A DNA stretch of 64,000 nt from an uncultured bacterium (GTDB taxonomy: Bacteria > Hydrothermota > Tepidihabitantia > Tepidihabitantales > Tepidihabitantaceae): the NCBI GenBank assembly GCA_964626075.1, contig CAZVDD010000018.1, forward strand, positions 18,189 through 82,188, in the 5' to 3' direction. A model generated the notes under the pieces. That model saw only the letters and a list, made by a program, of their open reading frames with translations. It made no database searches and was not told the DNA's origin. Position 1 is the stretch's first letter. Every line of letters starts with the position of its first letter. The position numbers were made by a program, and so were the translations under genes. This document shows positions 57,142-64,000 of the stretch, one piece after another.

Positions 57142-59328
57142 TCAGGGCTTGATTAACTTGATAAGTCGATAGAACTGATTGTTATCCCGGCACAACTCAA
57201 CAAACTCGTCAATCGGGTTAACGTCCACACAAAACAAACCCTCTGCTTCGTGAACGGCATCAATTAAAGGGATTTCAAAGGTCAAAGTTGAAGATTTTTG
57301 CGGCTCGAGCATCAATTGCCTTGCCGGCAACATCGTATCGGTAAGAACAATATTGTTCAGGTAAAACCTGACACGACAACCTGAACCGCCCAAATACATC
57401 CGATTTCCGATGTTTCGCAACCTTATCTTCCCGGTTAACTTTTCACCAACCCGGGGCAAATCCGGGATGAACTGAACATCGTCAACAACTAAATCCGGCC
57501 CTCGAGGCGCCGAACGCTCCCGGATAAAAACAGGCCGCACCCCGAGATTCAAATTCAGCCCGCCATCTGTTTCGGCTTTTACTATCTCAACTGATGGGTC
57601 GTCATCGTAAGCCAAAGGTATTAACTCCACCGTATCACAGCCAACCGGCAGCCTTATCTGAATTGTCTTTTTCTTATCTCTCCCGGTAATTTGATTTAGC
57701 CAGGCAATCCAGAGCCGCTTACCGCTCAAGGGCTCTTCGAACTCGTACACCCGCACCGCATCGATTGGGCAGTCGTTTAAAATCAACCTTTGATTAAACC
57801 GCTTGCCTTTTAACATCCTAAATGTTTGGGCAAGTGCGTAATAACCCGCTTTGGTCTCAAATGATGGGGTGTGAAGACCGTAACTGCCCTCCACCGATTC
57901 ACCCCGGGATAGAAACGAGTAATAACAAATCCGGTCATAACCACCACCGGGTAAACATTGACTCGCCCGGGCAACCGCAAAAACCCTCGCGACCCAGTTT
58001 GCCTGTTCTTGGCTATCGCACTCACCGTTGGGCAGCAAACAGGGCAAGCCGACTTCGGTTATCCACAATTCGCCATAATCGCCGTTTTCTCTCATAACCA
58101 CCCGCATACTTTCTGCCTGCGCCTCAAAAAGGTTGAAATCAAAACCCCGGTCCTGATAAGGATGAAACGACACTCCACACCACAATTTTTGGGGGATTAG
58201 TCGATAGCAGTAACTGAGCATCTCATCGGGTAGTATCCGGGTAAAAATCGACGGTTGCATTGCCACAAGCGAGCCAATCAGCACCTTAGCCTTGCCCTGG
58301 GTTATTGAATCTATCACTGTAAGAGCCACCTCAACCAGGCGGGCGTAAAGCGAGCACAACCCCTGCCGGTTATCGCTCAGGTGGTAATCAAACTGGGGCG
58401 CCTTCCAGAACCTTACGGTATCGTTTGGTTCATTCCATATCTCATAAACATCGATTAGCTTCCAATCGTTATAGTAATGTCTCACTACACCCTCAACATA
58501 CCTTGCCCAGTAATTGGAAGGGTGCCAGACATCCAAAAAGAGATTGCGGGGCGGACTGAATTCCGGAGCGTCAAAACGGGTGCCGGCCCAGATTGCGCTG
58601 TAATCAAGAATCCCGATTACCTTACAGCCCATTGTCTTGCTGGAATAGAAAACCGCCGGGTCTAACTGCGCAAAGTCAAAACCGGCCGTAGAATCAGGCC
58701 AGACCCAATTCCAAAGCAAATCGATGCGGTCTAAGTGAACACCCGCAGCGCGTACCCGTTGGTGCACATCCTGTTTGTGAGCAAAAACGGTATCGTACGC
58801 CGAAATCAACACACCCCACCAACTACTGTCAATTACTCCCATCACCCCATACACCCTCATACACAGATCAAGCGATTCCGCTGCGTCACTGTACAACAGG
58901 GTGCCGTATCGATAAGGGTTACCGGCGTCGTAATAAAACTGAATTGAGTCTGGTCCGGCACGGCTGAACCGTAACTCGTAGCGTTTGCCCCGGGTGAAAC
59001 CGAACCGCCTGTTCCAGTTCTCAAACCGGACCCAACTGTGGCTTCGTTTCTGAACACCGCTACTCCCCATCACCAATTTGTCACCATCCCAAACTTCAAC
59101 CCGGTAACGGCTCCCAATGCCATTCGCACCGGCAAACAACTCCACATACACCAGACTGTCAAAATTGCTGACGATGGTCTGGGAAACATACCTGTTAGCG
59201 CCGGTGCGCCGGGTCCAGCCTGACCAGTCGGACCGAACCGGCTTCACCTCATAAGACTTTACCATACCCGGGGCGGGAATAAAAAAACAAACCAACAATC
59301 CCAACACAATCTTAGTTTGTCGGGTCAT
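57142..59328 (-). CDS. Secreted glycoside hydrolase, GH5-like (TIM barrel) with C-terminal CARDB-like domain
   Basis: Signal peptide; EIWNEPN acid/base motif and WITEVG nucleophile motif; C-terminal LVVDDVQFIPDLPRVGEKLTGKIRLRNIGN CARDB-like region. Confidence 0.65.
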   Translation of the reverse strand: MTRQTKIVLGLLVCFFIPAPGMVKSYEVKPVRSDWSGWTRRTGANRYVSQTIVSNFDSLVYVELFAGANGIGSRYRVEVWDGDKLVMGSSGVQKRSHSWVRFENWNRRFGFTRGKRYELRFSRAGPDSIQFYYDAGNPYRYGTLLYSDAAESLDLCMRVYGVMGVIDSSWWGVLISAYDTVFAHKQDVHQRVRAAGVHLDRIDLLWNWVWPDSTAGFDFAQLDPAVFYSSKTMGCKVIGILDYSAIWAGTRFDAPEFSPPRNLFLDVWHPSNYWARYVEGVVRHYYNDWKLIDVYEIWNEPNDTVRFWKAPQFDYHLSDNRQGLCSLYARLVEVALTVIDSITQGKAKVLIGSLVAMQPSIFTRILPDEMLSYCYRLIPQKLWCGVSFHPYQDRGFDFNLFEAQAESMRVVMRENGDYGELWITEVGLPCLLPNGECDSQEQANWVARVFAVARASQCLPGGGYDRICYYSFLSRGESVEGSYGLHTPSFETKAGYYALAQTFRMLKGKRFNQRLILNDCPIDAVRVYEFEEPLSGKRLWIAWLNQITGRDKKKTIQIRLPVGCDTVELIPLAYDDDPSVEIVKAETDGGLNLNLGVRPVFIRERSAPRGPDLVVDDVQFIPDLPRVGEKLTGKIRLRNIGNRMYLGGSGCRVRFYLNNIVLTDTMLPARQLMLEPQKSSTLTFEIPLIDAVHEAEGLFCVDVNPIDEFVELCRDNNQFYRLIKLIKP

Positions 59329-59829
59329 CGCTTAATCCTGCTGTCTAACAGCATCTTAAATCCGGTACCCTTCAATCAATCCTGACCCGAAATAACTTAT
59401 CACGAACTACCACCCAAAACCCATTTTTTGTCGCCATCACTCCCGCCTGTTCAGGAGAAACAAAATAGTACCAAACTATCCGCAATCATCATCCCCCAAT
59501 TGTAGAAACACGAAAATCTGCGTCAAGGGAAACTAACCCTGCTCGGTAACCGCTCTTAATTAAATTCACCACAACCTGTTTTTCCCACGAGAAACCTTTC
59601 TACCCCGAAGATGTAAACGGCGCTCGATAAGGTAGTGTTCCCAGAATCGCCGTTTCCAGTTATATTACCGGCTCTTGTACCGCCCCCAAAGCCGCCTCAG
59701 GACGTGCCCCGGCCGCGCCCCGAAAAATTCCTTAATCTATTTAAAAACCGTCAGTTGTGCGGCGAATCAAAAATTCCACCGTTAATTTTGAACCCGCTTG
59801 GAATCATAGCACAATAAATGGGCAGGAAA

Positions 59830-60678
59830 TTAAACCGGAAACTGCTCGTACAACCGCTTTCGGTTTGCCTCAAGCAGTTTGGTTTGTAAACCCATAAAAG
59901 TTGCCGCATCAACAACCCGGGCTTTTGACCTCGCGCTTAAAGTCTCAAGCCACTCCCTCCCTGTCTCCGAACGCAAAAGGTGATGGTCAACAATCAATAG
60001 ATCGGTAGCCCGTGCCAGTTTAACCCCATTGATAAAAGCCTGGTTTAGTGCCTCTTTACTTAAAACCGAGAGGTAAATTGGCGGTCCCGCAACAAACACC
60101 ACATCAGGTTTCCAAGCGATAATCGCCTCAACCCCATCTTCGGCAAGCAACTGAATGTCTGAACCGTGGACAAAAATTTCATTACCCTCGCTCACCCGGG
60201 TCATCATCACCATACCCCGACCTTCGGCACCGTGTTGACACGGTAAGGAAAAACTAACATCACCGCTGTCCTTGCCTTCACCTTCAACCATCCTATCGCC
60301 CAGGAGTTGCGCAAAGGAACGTAATCGCTCATCCATCAATCGGGTGTTACCGGCTCGCCCTTTGACCCAGAGGGCACTCGCACCCAGTTTGGCTACAAAA
60401 TCAATAAGGTCAATTTGATACGGGTTTGGTTCTGACAGCGGCGCATGGTCGCCATGGAAATGGCTTATAACAACATCGCTTGCCATTTTAACCTCATTGA
60501 GAATTTTCTCCCTTATCGCCGCCGCCTCACAGACTTCAATCTTATGGGGCGCCAATCCCGAACGGCGTGGTGCCAGAGCAACACCCGGGTCAATCAATAC
60601 CCGGCGGGTTTTGGTCTCAACAACACAACACATACTGCGCACCCCTAAAGACTCGGCACCGATAATCCTTATCTTCAT
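59830..60678 (-). CDS. Metallo-beta-lactamase-fold hydrolase
   Basis: HFHGDH metal-binding motif; 282 aa. Confidence 0.65.
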   Translation of the reverse strand: MKIRIIGAESLGVRSMCCVVETKTRRVLIDPGVALAPRRSGLAPHKIEVCEAAAIREKILNEVKMASDVVISHFHGDHAPLSEPNPYQIDLIDFVAKLGASALWVKGRAGNTRLMDERLRSFAQLLGDRMVEGEGKDSGDVSFSLPCQHGAEGRGMVMMTRVSEGNEIFVHGSDIQLLAEDGVEAIIAWKPDVVFVAGPPIYLSVLSKEALNQAFINGVKLARATDLLIVDHHLLRSETGREWLETLSARSKARVVDAATFMGLQTKLLEANRKRLYEQFPV

Positions 60679-60765
60679 CCAACTTTCAGGATAGCGGACT
60701 TTTCGGACCTATCAACCCTTTCCGATTATGTTGACTTCAATCTCATCAAGCATAAATTATTCCCG

Positions 60766-61662
60766 ATGAATTACGACTCAGATTTTTGTTATATCCGCTC
60801 GGTTGACTATCCCGACGGTGCCATCATACCGAAAAAAATTGCCCGGATTTCGCCTGATGACCGGGGGTTTTACTTTGCAGACGGTGTTTATGAAGTTATC
60901 CGTACCTACCAGGGCAAACTCTTCCACTTTCCCGACCATCTAACACGGTTTAAGAACAGTTTACAGGCGGTGCGGATTGGTCTCCCGGATGTCGATGGCA
61001 TTGAGAAAATTTGCTCCAAACTACTCCGCTACAACAACCTGTCAAATGCCGACACCTTTTTTTACATTCAGGTAACACGGGGTGTTGCTGCCCGTAACCT
61101 TCTTTTTCCGCCAGAGGCAACAATACCCACCCTCTACATTTCGGTAACACCAATTACCCCACCCATTACCGAACAAAAAGATGGCATCAAGGTAATCACC
61201 GTGCCGGATATCCGCTGGCACCGCTGTGACATCAAGGCGATTGGACTCTTACCCAGCGTCCTTGCCCGCCAGACCGCGGCGGAAGCCAATGCCCAGGAAG
61301 CGATATTTGTACGCAACGGTAATGTTACCGAAGGCACCCACACCAATCTGTTTGGTGTTAAACAAAAGACGGTTATCACCCACCCCCTTGACAGTCATAT
61401 TCTGCCCGGTATCACCCGGATTGTCCTAATGAAGCTTTGTACCCGGCTCCGGCTGCCCGTAATTGAATCACCACTCCCGGAACCGGAACTGTATCAACTG
61501 GACGAACTGTTTGTTACCAGCACTACCTGGGAGGTTGTACCGGTGATTGAGGTCAACCGGAAACCAATCGGTTCCGGTAAACCCGGTGTCGTTACCCGGC
61601 AACTGCAGGCGGAGTTCAAAAATTATGTTCAGGAAATTTTTACCGAGCGCAGTTCTGCTTGA
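60766..61662 (+). CDS. Class IV PLP-dependent aminotransferase (branched-chain/D-amino-acid aminotransferase or aminodeoxychorismate lyase family)
   Basis: FYFADGVYEVIR motif and fold-type IV sequence; 298 aa. Confidence 0.7.
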   Translation: MNYDSDFCYIRSVDYPDGAIIPKKIARISPDDRGFYFADGVYEVIRTYQGKLFHFPDHLTRFKNSLQAVRIGLPDVDGIEKICSKLLRYNNLSNADTFFYIQVTRGVAARNLLFPPEATIPTLYISVTPITPPITEQKDGIKVITVPDIRWHRCDIKAIGLLPSVLARQTAAEANAQEAIFVRNGNVTEGTHTNLFGVKQKTVITHPLDSHILPGITRIVLMKLCTRLRLPVIESPLPEPELYQLDELFVTSTTWEVVPVIEVNRKPIGSGKPGVVTRQLQAEFKNYVQEIFTERSSA

Positions 61663-61696
61663 CCGCTCACCGCAATCGGGCTACACTGATTGTGGT

Positions 61697-63373
61697 ATGA
61701 AAATGGCAAGGGTTATGACCTTCCTGATGGTACTGTTGCTCGGCTCCGCCCAAAGCCAGATTCCCTTACCGACCGCACCCGATTGGAGTTCAATCGACAC
61801 CGACTATTCGACCGGCGGCGCCTTCGCCGACATTGACGGCAACGGTTATTTGGACTTCTGCATTTCCAACGGCAATGATATGGCAGCCGACCCCAATGCC
61901 GTATATTTCAATCAAAATGGCAACCTTGAAACAAACGCCTCCTGGCGCTCCACCGACTTGGGTTATTTTGGTCACTGTTATACCGGCGATATCGATAACG
62001 ATGGCGACCAGGATTTTGTGGTCGCCTACCTCGGCGACTACCAGCATCCGAGCGAACTGCACGTCCGGGTCTACCGTAACACCGGTACCGGCCTCGAACC
62101 GCTCCCTTTTTGGAAGGCAAAAGACTCGGTCTCTTCCTTTGACTGCTGTCTCGGTGACTTTGACCTTGATGGTGACCTTGACCTTGCCATCAGTGCCGGT
62201 GATGCCTATCGCGGCGCGATGGACCGGGTGCGGATTTACCGCAACAATAACGGCGTATTCGACTCCCTGCCCTTCTGGTACGCAAAACTTGATACCGCCT
62301 CGGATGCAATCCGATTTGCTGACATCGACAACGACGGCGACCTCGACCTGTTCGTGGGCCACCGGCGCAAGGTGGTGATGTACCGCAACAACAACGGTTC
62401 TTTTGATACTATTCCCGAATGGGTTGTGCGCCGTGCAATCGGCTGGGTTTTGCGTCTTGAACTGGGTGATTACGACCAGGATGGCTATCTTGACCTTGCG
62501 GTCGCCTCCAACGACCAGCTTGGCGACCCGAACAGCATCAAAGTTTTCCACAACAATCAGGGCACACTGGACACGGTTGCCGCATATACGATGCAAACCC
62601 GGGGCACGCAACTTTACTCCTCCTGCGTTGCCTGGGGCGATGTGAATGGCGACGGATTTCCCGAACTTGCCGCCGGTGGTTGGTGGCAACCGGTAGTGGT
62701 GTATCTCAACCGCTGCGGTGTCCTTGACACCACACCATCCTGGTCCTGGTCCCCCGCCAACCCGAGCAATCTAGTTTGCGAAGCATTGCTCTGGACCGAT
62801 GTCCGCAACTGCCACCTCGCTTCCGTCACTGAACGCCATAATGGCGACGGTATCCGAAAACTCTTTAACTTCACAAAACGGCCGATTCAATTCCTCGACA
62901 GTGTTAAGGTAAACGACACAATTGTCCCGCGCGCTGCGTACTGTTACGACCGCCATCTCGGCTGGTGCAGTTTTGCCACCCCACCTTCTTTGGGAACTGA
63001 CAATGTTGTATTCTACTACCATTACGCCACCACTCCGGACCTCGCCGTTACCAACTGGGCGCGCACTGCCGGCAACCATCTTTTCTTGAACACCACGCCG
63101 ACCGCGATTGCTCAAAATCAACCATCAAGCAAGCCGGTTCTCCATAAACTTATCGTCCATCCCAATCCCGCATCCGGACCGGTTTTGCTCACCACTTTTG
63201 GACCATTACCAGCAACCGTTGACATCTTTTCTCAGGATGGCAGGTTAATCGAAAAACTAATTATCAAGCACAGTTCGCCCGTCCGGTACAATCGCAACCT
63301 ACCCAACGGCGTTTACTTTATCACCGCTCCTGGTTACCAGCCGGTGAAACTATTGCGGTTGGAAAGTAAATAA
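61697..63373 (+). CDS. Secreted FG-GAP/VCBS repeat protein with T9SS-type C-terminal sorting domain
   Basis: Signal peptide MKMARVMTFLMVLLLGSAQS; repeated DxDxDGxxD calcium-binding FG-GAP motifs (DIDGNGYLD, DIDNDGDQD, DFDLDGDLD, DIDNDGDLD, DYDQDGYLD, DVNGDGFPE); C-terminal ...VYFITAPGYQPVKLLRLESK sorting-domain-like region. Confidence 0.7.
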   Translation: MKMARVMTFLMVLLLGSAQSQIPLPTAPDWSSIDTDYSTGGAFADIDGNGYLDFCISNGNDMAADPNAVYFNQNGNLETNASWRSTDLGYFGHCYTGDIDNDGDQDFVVAYLGDYQHPSELHVRVYRNTGTGLEPLPFWKAKDSVSSFDCCLGDFDLDGDLDLAISAGDAYRGAMDRVRIYRNNNGVFDSLPFWYAKLDTASDAIRFADIDNDGDLDLFVGHRRKVVMYRNNNGSFDTIPEWVVRRAIGWVLRLELGDYDQDGYLDLAVASNDQLGDPNSIKVFHNNQGTLDTVAAYTMQTRGTQLYSSCVAWGDVNGDGFPELAAGGWWQPVVVYLNRCGVLDTTPSWSWSPANPSNLVCEALLWTDVRNCHLASVTERHNGDGIRKLFNFTKRPIQFLDSVKVNDTIVPRAAYCYDRHLGWCSFATPPSLGTDNVVFYYHYATTPDLAVTNWARTAGNHLFLNTTPTAIAQNQPSSKPVLHKLIVHPNPASGPVLLTTFGPLPATVDIFSQDGRLIEKLIIKHSSPVRYNRNLPNGVYFITAPGYQPVKLLRLESK

Positions 63374-63383
63374 GGATGTGCTA

Positions 63384-64000
63384 TGGCAACACCCGAACAG
63401 ATTCCTGGCGAACTGCTCAACCGCATCGCCCGTTTTGGCCGACTTTACCTTCTTGACACTGTAACATCAACCAACGACTTTGCCTTTTCCCTTGCCGACA
63501 AAAAGGAACCTGCCATCGTCGTTGCCCAGAAACAGACTAAAGGTCGGGGCCGGTTTCGCCGCCACTGGTTTGCTGATGAAAACAGTTTGACATTCTCCCT
63601 TCTGCTATTTCCGGCAATAAATAGTTCGGCACCCGATTTCTCTCCCGCAGCAATCACCCAGATTGCGGGACTGGCGCTCTGTCAAGCGGTTGAAAGCCTG
63701 TTTATCACTAATCCCGCTCAATCTTTACCCAAACCGATGCTCCGTTGGCCCAACGATGTCCTACTCGAGGGCAAAAAGGTCGCGGGTATTCTCTGTGAAC
63801 AACGAAACCAGGCGCTGGTGATAGGCGTCGGCGTCAATGTCAACCAGCCCACAATCCCGGAAAACCTGCCCGATGCCACCTCGCTCTTTCTTGTCTATCA
63901 TCAGTTAACTGACCGGATGACACTTCTTGAAAACTTTCTAACCAACCTCTTTGCCCTACTCAAAAAAGTAACCCAGGACCGCAAAGTTATCTGGGATGAA
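63384..64000 (+). CDS. birA: Biotin--[acetyl-CoA-carboxylase] ligase (BirA), N-terminal part; continues past window end
   Basis: Own translation: ...QKQTKGRGRFRRHWFAD...RWPNDVLLEGKKVAGILCE, BPL family signatures. Confidence 0.8.

Noticed and set aside
63445-63657. 70-aa minus-strand ORF
   Set aside because: Lies antisense within the BirA coding region, which has clear BPL signatures.
1-64000. CRISPR arrays, transposases, integrases, phage genes
   Set aside because: No regular repeat-spacer periodicity, no IS-like inverted repeats flanking a transposase-like ORF, and no integrase or phage structural-like ORFs were seen anywhere in the window.

Overview
The window appears to come from an anaerobic bacterium with a diderm envelope, roughly 50-55% GC and dense coding on both strands. 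Its affiliation is uncertain; signals pointing to a Bacteroidetes-like or FCB-group or candidate-phylum lineage are a selenocysteine-containing protein, a type IX secretion system (T9SS) and ferredoxin-based redox enzymes.

Layout of the window:
- 1-7.8 kb (minus strand): truncated fabH, tRNA-Glu, then a complete S10-spc ribosomal protein cluster (rpsJ through rplF) that ends abruptly after L6.
- 8.2-11.6 kb (minus): two SCP-x/archaeal-type thiolase-like genes plus two DUF35 Zn-ribbon/OB-fold genes.
- 11.9-15.5 kb (plus): a polytopic membrane protein and sucCD.
- 15.9-17.9 kb (minus): a lipoprotein and a BNR/Asp-box beta-propeller protein with a T9SS-type C-terminal sorting domain.
- 18.0-26.8 kb (minus): one long co-directional redox gene string. 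It contains korDABG (2-oxoacid:ferredoxin oxidoreductase), a GltD-like NAD(P)H flavoprotein with extra ferredoxin domains, an MvhD/FlpD-HdrC-HdrB fusion, and an HdrA-MvhD fusion. The hdrA reading frame carries an in-frame TGA followed by a hairpin, so it is most likely a selenocysteine codon with a SECIS element.
- 27.0-30.3 kb (plus): tRNA-Leu, tig, clpP, clpX.
- 30.9-35.2 kb (minus): an oxidative-stress island (Hrb-like flavin reductase-rubredoxin, flavodiiron FprA, ferritin, desulfoferrodoxin, a desulforedoxin-like zinc-ribbon miniprotein, Tpx, rubrerythrin).
- 35.3-41.2 kb (minus): mlaDFE, a stand-alone HerA-like ATPase, hypB, purA.
- 41.2-46.4 kb (minus): a PorV-like outer-membrane barrel next to a 1333-aa gingipain-family (C25) PorU-like protein.
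- 46.4-64 kb (mixed): orphan ABC permeases, xseBA, hbd, purQ, a 2Fe-2S/FAD oxidoreductase pair, a YfhO-family membrane protein, a UbiA-family prenyltransferase, a GH5-like hydrolase, a metallo-beta-lactamase-fold protein, a class IV aminotransferase, an FG-GAP repeat protein with a T9SS sorting domain, and partial birA.

The Sec-HdrA/HdrD-like/GltD-like/Kor string is the best candidate for a previously undescribed system, as a possible electron-bifurcating module. No CRISPR array or obvious mobile element was seen.
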